Part shown: in pieces, positions 1-12,989 of the stretch
Numbering within the stretch: the stretch's first letter is position 1
Layout: every line of letters begins with the position of its first letter
Assembly: GCF_006345805.1 (NCBI RefSeq)
Contig: NC_042998.1
Location: forward strand, 185,690,001 to 185,754,000
Length of the DNA: 64,000 nt
Source of the DNA: Octopus sinensis
Lineage: Eukaryota
Direction of reading: 5' to 3'
Notes under the pieces: model-generated
Databases searched by the model: none
Seen by the model: the letters and a program-made list of their open reading frames with translations, nothing else
What the model was told of the DNA's origin: nothing
Translations under genes and position numbers: made by a program

Positions 1-1421
1 TGCCAGTGTCATTCCTCTGTTCAAGAAGGGCGACCGCACATCACCTGTCAACTATCGCCCAGTCAGTCTCACTAGCTGTATTGCAAAACTGATGGAATCG
101 TGTGTCAGAGAAACACTTTGGAACTTCTGGAGCTCACACAGTCTCATCCGACCCTCACAATATGGATTTGTCCCTAACTCCAGCTGCAGTGATCAGCTTG
201 TCGAGTTCCTTGAGGACATTACTCAGATCACTGACAGTGGCTCATGGGTGGATGTTGTCTACCTTGACTTTGCTAAGGCTTTCAACTCTGTGCCACACAA
301 AAGGCTTATGGTGAAACTCTCTGCAATGGGTGTGGGGGATGACCTTTTTAACTGGTTGAAATCCTTCATTCTCAACCGAAAGGAGGTAGTCACAGTTCTA
401 GGACAGCATTCTACACCATATGAGATGACATCGGGTGTACCACAGGGATCTGTCCTTGGTCCCCTCTTGTTTGTGGCATACATTAATGACATAGATGCAA
501 ATTTAAAGAATGCCACAGTATTAAAATATGCAGACGACATCAAGCTGTACCTTGAAATCAAGAGGACAGATCCTGTTGTCTACAGCTCTTTCCTGCAATC
601 AGACCTGGACACAATGCAGCAATGGATCACAGACTGGCTAACTGAAACTGGCTGTGGACAAGTGTACCACCATGCATTTTGGGAGAAAAAACCCTGCGTC
701 CACATACTCCCTCCACAACACTGATATCAAGAAATCCTCTTGCGAGCGTGACCTAGGCATCACTGTCAGCAGTGATTTGCGTTGGACAAAGCATATCTCT
801 AAAATTGTCAAGAAGGCCGAGGGTGTCTTGGCATCACTCAGCAAGACTTTTGTTAGCCGCTCTCCAGCCATCTATTTAAAACTGTATACAGCTATGGTAC
901 GACCACACTTGGAATTCGCATCATCAGTTTGGAACCCCTATCTTGCTCAGAACATTGACCTCCTGGAATCTGTTCAGAGACGTGCAACAAAACGCATACC
1001 CTCCATCAGACACCTACCATATTCTGAGCGCCTTGTTTCCTGGGCATGGATTCACTGAAGCTCCGGCGTCTGGCGACGGACTTGGTAAACGCCCACAAAG
1101 TTGTCAACCACCACCTCACCAATAACAACACTGAACACCTTTTTGATCTCCATGTGTCTAACACACGTGGACATGCCTACAAAGTCAGAAAACAACACAG
1201 CTCCCATGACTTTCGGAAACATTTCTTCACACTCAGAGTTGCTGAAGCATGGAATAAACTGCCTGCGTCAGTTGTTGACTGCCATGACTCTGCATCCTTT
1301 AAGGCCCTCATGCTTTCCGAAATCCGTCGAAACTACACCTGATTATATATACACTTTCGATGAGTTGTAGTGCACCTGAGCACTGTACACAATGTTTATT
1401 ATTATTATTATTATTATTATT
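1..1421 (+). mobile_element. CR1/L2-like LINE, 3' part of ORF2 (RT) with 3' UTR and (TTA)n tail; two frameshifts; runs off the window's 5' edge
   Basis: Motifs NYRPVSLTS, VYLDFAKAFNSVPH, GVPQGSVLGPLLF and YADD, plus a CR1-type C-terminus (FFTLRVAEAWNKLP). These are spread over ORFs 92-724, 654-1058 and 1046-1342. The tail lies at ~1395-1421. Confidence 0.9.
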
Positions 1422-1824
1422 TACTTAGATATCAATTCATGAGTGATACATGAAAGATCAGAAACATGTTTTGCGTGTGTGTGAAACTTGACGTAAAGTA
1501 CTAGTGAATCATCTTCCATTTACTCATCAATATAAACCCTACTGAATGCAGTGAGTGCCCTTTCGCCTGCAGTCATATGTCCACACAAGCGCGCGCATGT
1601 ATGAACTGTTACAGCTAGCGTTTCAACCTCAGATCATTACCAAGAGCACTTAATGACGTGAGATCCTATCATGTATTATGTTAATTTAGTAATTTTAAAA
1701 CTTCAAAAATTTATACTATTTTCGGCTATTTTTTTATATTTAATATTACCTACTCTTTTTTTAAAAAAAAAGTATGGTAAAAAATCAGATTACTGAGAAA
1801 CAGCCTTTTATATTGTTTAACCTT

Positions 1825-1830
1825 CAACTT

Positions 1831-1911
<81 letters not shown>
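1825..1911. repeat. (ATCT)n microsatellite
   Basis: Long perfect tetranucleotide array. Confidence 0.95.
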
Positions 1912-2850
1912 AGTCTGTCTGCTTGTCGGTCTGTCTGAAAGTCTTTAAATACACTTAAGACTGTCTTACCTTTTGCTCCAAATAGAGCTGCGTAGCATGG
2001 TTTATTACAGTAAGGCTTGCCTTCGTGCTAAAATGAAAATAGAAATAAAAATAAGATTAAATAAACAAAAAAACAACGACAAAAAACAAAAAGTAGACGT
2101 TCCCTTTATGCAAAGCTACGTTTCCTTTTGACAGAGCTACTGTAACTTTATAGAATTGTAACAAAACGAAAGTACAATTAGAACTGTGATGTTGAAATTG
2201 CAGTCAAAAGGCAACAACATTGTATACAGAAAAGATGTAGTGTAAAACAAAGACTGTGAATTCTTCGTTTGTATGCAATAAATACATTACGGGAATTCAC
2301 TGCATTTAGACTCTTGTAGGAAAATGTTGCCCTTAGTAGCTAAAAGTTTGGGTAAACATGGCATATATTGTAGAGAACTAATTCAGAACTGTTTTATGTT
2401 TTTAAATTTAAATACTGCAGGGACCGAGTTAAATTTGCTTCCAAAGAACATGGTACTAATATTAATAAATATAATGTACTTGAGCCGATTCATTTGATTT
2501 TACTATACCTTCCTCCTTTTTAAATCATACGTATCAAATCATACAAATTAAAGGTGAACATCTTAATTCACTTTTCGAAAAATAGTTTTCTTCCTTGCAG
2601 AAATGTTTGAGGGGTGTATCTCGAGATTTGAAAGCATCAAGAAGATTTCAGTTGAATTATGAAACATATAGATGCATATCATTATACCATAGTTGTACAT
2701 GAAATGGTAATAGGAAGTTGTACAGTAAGGTTTATTACATTTTATTAGTTATTCATCACTGAAACTAAGTATCTTTTTGTTAATCAAAACTGGAACGATT
2801 TGTTTGAATTGGTTTGACTAAAACTAAACCGCGAATATTTTTATCTGATT

Positions 2851-4335
2851 TTAAAAAATCAGAGTCTTCTCATTTTCTTCTTCTAGCTTCAGAAGGTTAT
2901 ATTTTTTCTCATCAGAAATGCATTCAGTCAAGTGTTCATCATAATCATTGTTGTCTGATAACTTGCAATCTTCATGAATGCCGGTAGCAACAAGCACTGC
3001 ACAATTCAATGTCTCGTGGAATTCCTTTCCTGAAAAGTTATTATTTTGATGTAATTCCTCTATCGAAGGTGGTGAAGAACGTCTTGGTTGAAAGAAACTT
3101 TTAGTTGGACTAGAACTGAAACCTTCTCTTAAAGTACCATCAGACCGATCGATCTTCATATTTGTTGTATTTGAAGAGGATGATGTGGAATAGTGAACGT
3201 CTGGTTCAGCAGTAGCACTCGCCAGAGGTTCGGTGTCTGTAAAATGATGTTGTGAAAATTTCGAGGGTGAAGACCTTTGAAATTCCAGAAGTTGTTGCAG
3301 GTTAGTTTGAAAATCCGGAATTGCATTATATTGTAAAGAACGCTCATTGTGATGATATTTCGTTGTATCGGAATCTTGTATATACGTTTGAGAGTTAATA
3401 GATGGTTCAGCAAATAATTTAATTGGTGGTATATGATTTCTATAAGCAATCTGCCTTTCATTGTTTTTGTCAATGACGTCATTTTCTCCTCCACCTTTTA
3501 CATTAAGTTCTTTTTCAAACCATTGATTAAATGCTTCATCAAAAGGAAATTCTTTCTGGAACATTTTCGAAGAAGGCCCTTTTTGTGGATCAAGCTTATA
3601 ACTTGTTGAATTGGTTGGGTATTCTGTACAGTGACTACTTTCAAGCATTGCTTCTAAAGCTTCAAATTCCCTTAATGACACGTTTGAAATAGATTCCAGT
3701 TTTAATTCCTCTTCCTCTTCATCTTGGAAAAGGTGTGTGATTTGATTGCGAACTTGTTCGGAACCTTTAGGAGGATTATCCTCTGAAATCTGATATAAGA
3801 AATAGTCAATGGATGGTTCATTTGAAGAAAAATCACCCATAACAGATTCTAATTTTTTAGTTTTCTTAGCAAATTCGGGTCTACTTTGTAGGTCTGAAGT
3901 TACTGAAGCTTCCGCAACTTTTTTTACATCACCTGAATTATTTTGTGGATTATTTGAGGAAACATTTGACACATCAGAATAAAGAGAAACATTTATTTCG
4001 AAAAATATTTTAATCCAGCAAGTAAAGGTTAGCAATGCCCTCTGACTACATGCAATAAGTTGTTCGACTGGAATCACTTTATCCACTTTTAATACATAAA
4101 ATGCGTTCTGAAGTAGTTTATAATTGGGTAGACATCCCGACGGAGAAGGATCTAATTTGATTTTCTTCCCTGCGATTATTCCTGGGTGAATTAAATTAAT
4201 AAGCCGACAATAGGCTGCACCGTTTGACAGGTTGTTGATATCATAAAAATTTGTGCGAAGTTTGCTATTTACCCAAGTTAAGAGGCTTTTTCGACCACAT
4301 TCTGGAACGCGTTTCGGAATTTTCAAACGGTTCAT
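2851..4335 (-). CDS. Intronless 494-aa protein: N-terminal EB1/MAPRE-type calponin-homology domain plus a long Ser/Glu/Asn-rich tail
   Basis: The ORF is uninterrupted. The first ATG is at 4335 (MNRLKIPK); the track's start at 4365 is a TTG. The segment LLTWVN..NLSNGAAYCRLINLIHPG..KKIK..NYKLLQNAF..VDKVIPVEQL..WIKIFFEIN aligns by eye to the EB1 CH domain. AATAAA occurs on the minus strand at 2731-2736 and 2741-2746. Confidence 0.8.
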   Translation of the reverse strand: MNRLKIPKRVPECGRKSLLTWVNSKLRTNFYDINNLSNGAAYCRLINLIHPGIIAGKKIKLDPSPSGCLPNYKLLQNAFYVLKVDKVIPVEQLIACSQRALLTFTCWIKIFFEINVSLYSDVSNVSSNNPQNNSGDVKKVAEASVTSDLQSRPEFAKKTKKLESVMGDFSSNEPSIDYFLYQISEDNPPKGSEQVRNQITHLFQDEEEEELKLESISNVSLREFEALEAMLESSHCTEYPTNSTSYKLDPQKGPSSKMFQKEFPFDEAFNQWFEKELNVKGGGENDVIDKNNERQIAYRNHIPPIKLFAEPSINSQTYIQDSDTTKYHHNERSLQYNAIPDFQTNLQQLLEFQRSSPSKFSQHHFTDTEPLASATAEPDVHYSTSSSSNTTNMKIDRSDGTLREGFSSSPTKSFFQPRRSSPPSIEELHQNNNFSGKEFHETLNCAVLVATGIHEDCKLSDNNDYDEHLTECISDEKKYNLLKLEEENEKTLIF

Positions 4336-5039
4336 TCTTTTGTTTAATGAAGCTAAAATATTCAATTCCTTACTTTATTTCTTTTTCTTCCCTGTCATCC
4401 ACTCATTCTTTATTCTTTCTTTTTCTCACCGTCTTTCCTTATACTTTCCCTTATTCTTTTGGTTTCAATTTTTAAATATTTATTTATGACGTAAACGTAT
4501 TCTCGTTCTTCCTTAGATTTTCTCTTTTCGTCTATTTAGATCTTTATTTGCAGTACAATGTATTTATGCATTGGTTCTTGATTATTCCCGAAAAATGTTG
4601 GTCTTTTCTGTTATTGTCACCGTTTTTTAACTTTTGAAATTAAGTGGAAATTTCAAATTTGGTATATAGATGTAAATTTTCACGTTGAATCTGATTTTGA
4701 TTTTTACTAGTTCCAGGAAAATTTTTTAAAAATGTTCCAGAGGTTTAAAATTTGATAATTTTTTTTTACCCAATCAGAAAACAGGATTTGGAAGCTGGCA
4801 TTTTGTGCGTGATAGCTGTTTATGACAACATTACGACGACCAACATGTAAGAAGTTTTGAATTTTTAATAGATTTTAATGAATAAAGTTATGTGAATTGT
4901 TGGAACAGATGATTAAAATAAAAAGAAAATCCTCAGTGAATATTTTTGAGAAAAAATACAAAAATACAAACTACATTAAATTACATAAAACAAACAAAAA
5001 AGAAAAAAGAAAAGAAAACTGTAGTTCATTTCATGTAAG

Positions 5040-5360
5040 CAATTAATACATTTTTCTGTAGTAAAACTGTGGTTCACTGTGCTATGTCGAAAATAATAAC
5101 CATCAATTTCAAGAATGTGAACGCACGACCTCCACAAGTCGCTGAAAATTGCCGTTCCTTGAAAAACCGACTGACATATGCATTCTTCAAGTGCGTCGCG
5201 ATTCCGACATAGCACTGCATAACGAAAAACATACCTGGTCTAGTGACACATTCTTCCGAAAACCCACTGCTCAGGTAGCAAGTACCCTTCTTCGGTTGTA
5301 TTTACGTCTTGAGAAGACTGTTTCGTCTATCGCAACAATCTTCTCAAGACTGCCTATCAG
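5040..5360 (-). pseudogene. Merlin (IS1016/ISXO2-like) DDE transposase remnant
   Basis: Minus-strand translation gives IVAIDETVFSRRKYNRRR, then GTAIFSDLWRS..GY.FRHSTVNHS. These match the Merlin motifs EIDES.F.KRKYNRGR and GT.I.SD.W..Y..L...H.TVNH. Stops and frameshifts are present. Confidence 0.75.
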
Positions 5361-5637
5361 AATAGTTTCTCATCATCTTCTGAGGGTCATCAAAAAATCT
5401 AAACTCAGGATTGCAAGCTAACAAAGCTGTTGCTAATTTTTCCAGTTTTGCTGTGAAAATGTATAGTAATTTCTACTTAAATTCGAACCTAGTAAGTTAA
5501 GTAATTTAGCCATGACTAGACAGTGGAGCTGGCACAATACAAACCAATGACTTCTATGATACATAGGTAGTCTGGAACAATGTGGGTACGAGGGTGTGTT
5601 CTATGCTATGTTTATCTTGCATTATTTATTTAGAATT

Positions 5638-5960
5638 CTTAGCGGTATTTCGTCTGTCTTCGAGTTCTGAGTTCAAATTCCGACGAGTTCGACATTGACT
5701 TCCATCCTTTCGGGGTCGATAAAATATGTACCAGTTGAGTACTGGGGGCGATGTATTTCAGACCTTGTGCCTTTAGTAGAAAGGGTTATTTACTCAGAAA
5801 AGACAGCGAGCAAGCAGAATCGTATGCACGTCTGAAAAAATTCTTAGCCGCATTTTTTCCGGCTTCTTACATTCTAAGTTCGACTCTACCTTTCATCTTT
5901 TCGGGGTCGATAAAATAAAGCCCAAGTTAAGTAGTGGAGTCGATGGTATCGACTTAAAAC
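5638..5960 (+). mobile_element. Two degenerate SINE family A fragments
   Basis: gttcaaattcc B-box and ctttcatcctttcggggtcgataa core, as in the intact copies. Confidence 0.7.
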
Positions 5961-6144
5961 CTTAAATTTCTGACCGTGTGTCAAAATCAAAAACCATTAT
6001 TTACCCAGAAATTATTCTTTACAAAGCAGTTTTAGACAGTTCTTAAGATTTGGAAATGTCTTCATACCTTGGGAAACTATCGATTATAATAATTCTTTTC
6101 TACTAAAGGCACAAAGTCTGAAACTTGGTGGGAGGGGATAGTCG

Positions 6145-6655
6145 AGTACATGGACCTCAGTGTTTCACTAGCACTTAATTTATTGACCCCGAAAGGATGA
6201 AAGGCAAAATCAACCTCGGCGGAATTTGAACTCAGAACGTAGCGACAGACGAAATGCCTATTTCTTTACTACCCACAAGGGGCTAAACACAGAGAGAACA
6301 AACAAGGACAGACAAACGGATTAAGTCGATTACATCGACCCCAGTGCGTAACTGGTACTTATTTAATCGACCCCGAAAGGATGAAAGGCAAAGTCGACCT
6401 CGGCGGAATTTGAACTCAGAACGTAGTGACAGACGAAATACCTATTTCTTTACTACCCACAAGGGGCTAAACACAGAAAGGACAAACAAAGACAGACAAA
6501 CGGATTAAGTCGATTACATTGACCCCAGTGCGTAACTGGTACTTATTTAATCGACTCCGAAAGGATGAAAAGCAAAGTCGACCTCGGCGGAATTTGAACT
6601 CAGAACGTAGCGGCAGACGAAAAACCGCTAAGTATTTCGCTCGGCGTGCCACAAC
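6145..6655 (-). mobile_element. SINE family A, head-to-tail multimer (about 3 units)
   Basis: Repeated units joined by the junction aaagaaatag|g(t/c)atttcgtctg, read on the minus strand. Confidence 0.85.
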
Positions 6656-7493
6656 TCAGCCAGCGTGCCGTCTTAAACTATTGATTATAAAAATAATAAA
6701 ACAGCCCCTTAAAGGAAAAAAGAAAATACCCACTTTCTTCACAGATACATTAATAGAAGTGGTAAGTGTGTATAGTGCGAAGGAACTTGCAGGAATATTT
6801 CATTTTCATAATCCGTATTGTGCTTTTTAAAGACCTATTATGAGTGACCACTGTTCGCAGGTAAACATGAAAACTGGACATGAGAAGGCAGCACGATCAA
6901 TCTCATTTTTTTAAATATTTATTTTATATTTATTGGTTTGATCTGAAGAAAAGAGCTTTTCTCGTGTCATTTGCAGACACACTGAGTTCATTGAGATCGA
7001 CGCTGTTGGCATTCTTGACGATGACAGGGAATAAATGTGCAAGGAAAGAATGGCAACAAGGTAACGTTTTCGTAAAAAAAAATGTCCAGGCATAATGATT
7101 AATGCGGGACCTGAAGGGTGCACACAATATGGGTGATGATAGAAAGAGGGAGGAGTGAACTAGGGGCATCTAGATGGAGGTAGGATTAGACCTGTCATTT
7201 CTAGAAGTAGAAGTAAAAATGTAAAGACAATAAACAGCATGCCTGTAGTCCGAACGTGTTGGTGAGCGACCTCATGCCACTCAATCGAGGGGATTTTTCT
7301 CCACTGCAACTGAAACCGGAGCCAGATAAATAAAGTGTATGGTTGTTGCAGGAGGCGTTTAAATACAAGCATTTCAATAAAAATACCTTGCATTCTGATG
7401 GCTTCAAGAATACTATAAGGTATCGCACGAACATTTGTTGTAGCAATTTCCGTTCTTTTGTCATTTATTAATTGATATGTGATATATATACTC

Positions 7494-7914
7494 TTTAACT
7501 CTCTTTTACTCTTTTACTTGTTTCAGTCATTTGACTGCGGCCATGCTGGAGCACTGCCTTTAGTCGAGCAAATCGACCCCGGGACTTATTCTTTGTAAGC
7601 CCAGTACTTATTCTATCGGTCTCTTTTGCCGAACCGCTAAGTGACGGGGACGTAAACACACCAGCATTGTTGTCAAGCAATGCTAGGGGGACAAACACAG
7701 ACACGCAAACATATACACACACACACACTTATATATATATATACATATATACGACAGGCTTCTTTCAGTTTTCGTCTACCAAATCCACTCACAAGGCATT
7801 GGTCGGCCCGGAGCTATAGCAGAAGACACTTGTCCAAGATGCCACGCAGTGGGACTGAACCCGGAACCATGTGGTTAATTAGCAAGCTACTTACCACACA
7901 GCCACTCCTGCGCC
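7494..7914 (-). mobile_element. SINE family C (tRNA-like head, internal (TA)/(TG) microsatellite, 3' stem-loop, (GTAAAAGA)n tail), full length
   Basis: Head ggcgcaggagtggctgtgtggtaag..ggttcagtccc. Similar copies at 23405-23780, 25146-25606, 32515-32918, 42724-43130 and 56815-57538. Confidence 0.85.
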
Positions 7915-8044
7915 TGTATATGTATATATAATTGAAAAAATTGGAGTCAACAGGAAGGAGTATGGTTGGTCCTTTATTTTCAATCACTACAATTGTTTCT
8001 ACGCAACATAGTTCTCCAGGCGTGCAGGTACTTGATTATGCAAC

Positions 8045-8272
8045 CGGCGAGCTGCCAGAAACGTTAGCACGCCGGGCGAAATGCGTAGCCGTAATTCGTC
8101 TGTCGTTACGTTGTGAGTTCAAATTCCGCCGAGGTCGACTTTGCCTTTCATCCTTTCGGGATCGATAAGTTAAGTACCAGTTACGCACTGGGGTCGATGT
8201 AATCGACTTAATCCGTTTGTCTGTCCTCGTTTGTCCCCTCTGTGTTTAGCCCCTTGTGGGTAATAAAGAAAT
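8045..8272 (+). mobile_element. SINE family A with 19-bp TSD
   Basis: A/B-box-like head. TSD aggtacttgattatgcaac at 8026-8044 and 8273-8291. Confidence 0.9.
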
Positions 8273-8319
8273 AGGTACTTGATTATGCAACTGTTTCCCT
8301 GCATTAGGAGATCTAGTTG

Positions 8320-8352
<33 letters not shown>

Positions 8353-8781
8353 TGTGTGCGTGAGTGCGTGAGCGTGTTATGTGTTCGAACGTTAGTATGT
8401 ATACGGATGTATATGTGAACGACCATGTATATGTACATATGAATCTATTCTTAAAGGTCGGCTAAGGACAATCGCATGTGTAACCAGCCACGAAGAACAA
8501 ATCAACAGTTCAAAGAAATCAAATACCAATCCCTTTAAAACGGCAACCACTTTAACAGAAGCAGAATCACCATCCCTCTACATCTACACATTCAAAGTTT
8601 GCCAACAGTCCTTCAGCAACAACACACTTTGATAAACTCAGTGGCCACTACTAACTTCAGGTCATGTCAGACAGAGAGGATGCTCTTGAAGTCGAGAATT
8701 TGAACTTACAGAGACAATATTTACATATCGCCTGAGGAAACACAACTACATGTCTGAGTAATATTTTAGAGTTTGAAGCAC

Positions 8782-9575
8782 ATGGGCCCCAACAATGCGA
8801 ACCTGTTTGTTGGCTATGTTGAGGCCCAAGTATTCTCAAGTTTCACTGGTCCCACTCCCGAACTATACGGCTGTTATATTGACGACTGTATCGGCGCAAC
8901 CTCACTCTCCCGCGAACATCTAGACTCCTTCCTCTCTTTTGTCAAATCTTTCCATCCTGCCCGCCACTTCTCCTGCACTATCTCTGACACCTCTGTCTCC
9001 TTTCTTGACATTTCGGTCAGCATTCATCACTCCACTCTCACCATCTCAATCCACTACCTCACACTCATACCTCAACTTCTCTTCCTCCCACCCTAAACAC
9101 ACCAAGCTTCCATCCCCTATTCCCAATCCCACCATACCACACAACACTTCACATCACAATACACAACTACGCACACATCAGCACTAACCACTTCCCAGGC
9201 CCACATTTTCACACCTACACATACACACACGCACACGCACACGTCAAGATCACCAGCCCTCTTCCACACGCACATACAACCTCTCTCATACACACGCATG
9301 CGCACCTTCGTTTTGGGATCACCACTACTTTATTATCTCCCCTTCTCCCTAGCTCTCCTGTGTGACCCTTCCGTCCGGTATTCGCCATGATAGATCGCTA
9401 GCCACTACACATTCTTTATTTTCCCTCCTTGTTTCTTTCTGTGTTCCGTTCTGTGGAAAAGCGTAGGCTCGAAACGTTAAAGACTTTTTCACTTCCCGAG
9501 CGTTATACTAATACATCTGTTTGTTGTCTACACCACCTGTCTTCGTCTTTTGTTTTTGTGTGAATTCTCCATATA
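8782..9575 (+). mobile_element. Penelope-like element remnant: RT fragment plus 3' region carrying an HHR-like fold
   Basis: ORF 8773-9096 reads MGPNNANLFVGYVE..YIDD..SFHP..FSCTIS..VSFLDI, a PLE-type RT. The downstream segment is shared with 28326-28640 and 46575-46775. Confidence 0.8.
9447..9484 (+). ncRNA. Hammerhead-like fold with variant core CUGUGGA
   Basis: CUGUGGA-AAAGC-GUAG-GCUC-GAAA-CGU-U-AAAG. Stems I and II are partly decayed. Confidence 0.45.
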
Positions 9576-10289
9576 TATATATATATATATATATAGATAG
9601 ATAAACAGATAGACAGGCACATACAGATAACTGCGACCGTCACTCGGAATCAAGGATGACGTTGCCCGTAGTTGCAGGTACCTGCTAAATGTATGTTTGG
9701 TACATACATATATATATGTATATACAGATAATAGAAATACACACGCGCGCACACACCGTTGGTTACACGTACATAACAGAAAGAAAATATGTGACCTAGT
9801 TCGCATGTCCTTTAACGATACTCTGAAAATAAGATTAAAATGTTGAGTTACCATCAATGGTATTGACTTTAAGCACTTGAAGTTGTAATACTCATGCCTT
9901 TCTTAAGTCTGTAGCTGAGTAAGTGAAACAGACATAGACGAGAATCGAACCTGGATTGCAAATCAAGGAAGTTTGAGTAATTGAATCAATGATCCATTCT
10001 TACCTCAGCATGGCTTCCACAAGTGAGTGTTTTACCACATTTCTCACATTTCAAGCAAGGTCTGTGCCAATCTTTTCCCATTGAAGAAACTTTCTCGGCT
10101 GGAAAAGAGACAAAACGAAATAAAAATGAAATTTAACAACATAAAAATGGAGAATAATAAAATTTTCGGAGCTATATTTATGTATGTTCTGATGAAACCG
10201 AACCACTGCATTTTTCTTCGTCTTACAATTATCTTCCCCTCTCTCTAATCAACGCAGATCAGTTGGTCCGATAGCCCTTCCTTAAAATG

Positions 10290-11395
10290 TCAAAAATTCT
10301 GTAAAAGTAACTCCATATGAATGATAAAAATTTAATTCCAATAACTTTTAGCAGATCCATATTTCACATCCATACCTCATCATTGCAGTTATCAAATTGC
10401 ATTAACCTCATTTTGTCTTCAGTTGCAATGTTCTTGCTGCTTCTAAATCTTATCCATCTTTGCTATTTGTGTTCATTACAATTCACCTAACTATCTAGGT
10501 TTCAAGCGCTACATTCTCGTTAATTAGAGGTCCCAAGTCAGTGAATATATCGACCAATTTCACACGAATGTCATTGATTTTGATTGTATTTATGTTGGGT
10601 GAGGGCGCGTGGCTTAGTGGTTAGGGCATTCGGCTCATGATCGTAAGGTTGTGAGTTCGATTCCCGGCGACGCGTTGTGTCCTTGAGCAAGACACTTTAT
10701 TTCACGTTGCTCCAGTCCACTCAGCTGGCAAAAATGAGTTGTACTTGTACTTCAAAGGGTCAGCCTTGTCACTCTCTGTGTCACGCTGATTATCCCCGAG
10801 AACTACGTTAAGGGTACACGTGCCTGTGGAATGCTCAGCCATTTGCACGTTAATTTCACGAGCAAGCTGTTCCGTTGATCGTATCAGCTGGGACCCTCGT
10901 CGTCGTAACCGGCGGAGTCTTTAATTTATGTTGGAATCATTATTTGTTTGTTCTGAATGTTGTTTTCCTGTCGACATAACGTGACTTTTTGACAGTAATT
11001 TCCATACCGTATTTACTTAATGCAACGTCTAGTCTAACTGTGGTATTAGATAATTCGCTTTTAAAACTAGTTAATACATCAAATGTTGTCTGTAAATAAT
11101 ATATTCGTGATCATGCTTCTGTTTGTCTTCACTGCACCTCAAAATCCTTTAGAGCATACGTTATGGTGTGTTCAGGACGAAGATTAAGAAGTCCAGGTGA
11201 TAATGAGTTGCTCTGTTAAATTGCAACGTATTTCTTTTCAAATCATTGCATTGGTTCATAACTGTACAGAACTGAACAAACACTATTCTAATAAAGTTTT
11301 CACAGTACAAAGATTAGATGCTATGTTATAATTCTTCAGTATACTCCACAGTGCTTCTCTCCATACCCACTCAAAAGCATTTTTGAAGTTTACAA
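10290..11395 (-). pseudogene. Highly decayed RTE-like RT, interrupted by a SINE
   Basis: Minus-strand remnants FVNFKNAFEWVWREALWSILKNYNI, LSPGLLN and RYGCEIW, in the expected order. Confidence 0.5.
10599..10923 (+). mobile_element. SINE family B (tRNA head, conserved central domain, tail X) with 11-bp TSD
   Basis: Head ggcgcgtggcttagtggttag..gttcgattcc. TSD atttatgttgg at 10588-10598 and 10924-10934. Confidence 0.9.
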
Positions 11396-11640
11396 ATGTC
11401 GGGTATAATTGCTTTTGAATACGGCAGATATTGTATTCACCTCAATAGACGTCATTGATTGGATGAAATTGCTGAAATGCAGGAAATTAAACAACAAATG
11501 GCTTACAAACTACAGAATTTTATCAAGAAAGCCAAGAGAAAAAGATGTTTTATGTAACACACTACCAGTATACGAAGTTTAAAAGTGTTTAGTTACAAAG
11601 AAATTATTTTAAAAATCTGCCGGTCAAAGTGAAAAGATCC
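11395..11640 (-). mobile_element. Diverged partial relative of MITE family H
   Basis: Carries the ccaatcaatgacgtctattgaggtga motif and the TIR-like end ctgccggtcaaagtgaaaagatcc. Confidence 0.6.
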
Positions 11641-12096
11641 TATGTTTGTTTATATACACAAAAAGGGAAAATCTCAAATCTTAATTTGTCATTTGAACAA
11701 ATGTAGTATTCACGCACAAACAGTTACAACGTATATTTGTGTGAATGAAAAGAAAGAAAGAGAACAGACAGACATAGATTGACTAGAGATTAATTTGAAC
11801 ATATTTCTTTGAAATTTTTGAAACTTTAACATCTTGCTTTAGCGTTGTATGCGTGGGCAGTTATTGAGGGCAAAGTGTTATGATGACTCACAAACACTTG
11901 TGTCAACGGACGTCTGTACGAAGGATCAGCTAACGCAGCGTGAATAGTGTCGTTGATTCAGTACATAGTTCACACACACAGACACACACACACACGCACA
12001 CACACATACACACACAACACACACATACATACGTACATGTATGTATGTGTATATATATATACACACACACACACACGCATATATATATACATATAT

Positions 12097-12160
<64 letters not shown>

Positions 12161-12571
12161 ATAGGGCGGAGAGAGAATGAGAGAAAGAAGAGTATCTTAA
12201 TACAGCTTTTCAAACAACGAATAATTTGTTGAATAATAATGTGTCATCGTGGAAAAGAGAGGGCGTTGTTAAGCACATGCCGAGTTTATTAATGACTTAC
12301 TTCGTGAGTGTTGCTTTAAGATGCATCCGTGACATATAAAGTAACGCCCATCTACGTATGTAGTTCGTGTTTTTCAAGTATAGGAGCATTAGCCCTTACT
12401 TAGTGGTGTATCAAAACCAGAGGCATAAATTGGTCCGGCGTAGATAAAAGATCAAAAACATGGCGTACTGTGTGAACTATGGAATTGATTAATCAATTGG
12501 AATGTTATGTTTTTACTGGTTTTTAATTTGATATCATTTTGGAGTAAACAAGTACATTACAAATATGTAAT

Positions 12572-12952
12572 ACTAGCAGTATCGCCCGGCGTTGCTCAGG
12601 TTTGTAAGGGAAATAACTATAAAGCATTTTTAGAGAGTTATAGCCAAAAAATAGCCAAAAAATGGAAAAAAATGATGGTAAATTTTTTTGTTAAAAAAGG
12701 TGGAGTTGCGTCCCCTAGACAGTTTGCGGTTTGTGTTTCTGATTCTCGACCCCATGTCGAATTTATCGATTTTTTTCAGAACTGGGGGAAGTTTTCAAAA
12801 TTTTCGCTGCGTTAGTTTTGAATTATGACATTGGGCTATCTGTGTGTCAAGTTTCATCAGAATCGGTTGAAAGCCGTGGTCAGGGTGAGGGCACAAGCAA
12901 ACAGACACACAGAAACACGCACAGACAAACTGCCGTTTATATAGAGAGAGAT
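12572..12952 (+). mobile_element. Non-autonomous Helitron/Helentron-like element (Lep1-like ends)
   Basis: Starts actagc with a short hairpin (cccggcgttgctc(a/g)gg) and ends with (caga)n followed by tttatatagagagagat. Same ends at 53814-54208; 3' part at 50215-50657. Confidence 0.6.
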
Positions 12953-12989
12953 ATCTTAAAAAAAGAACCAGCCAGTTATACTATAAAAC

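Noticed and set aside
4336-4365. ORF-track start at 4365 for the EB1-like gene
   Set aside because: It is a TTG codon. The ATG at 4335 gives an N-terminal length matching EB1.
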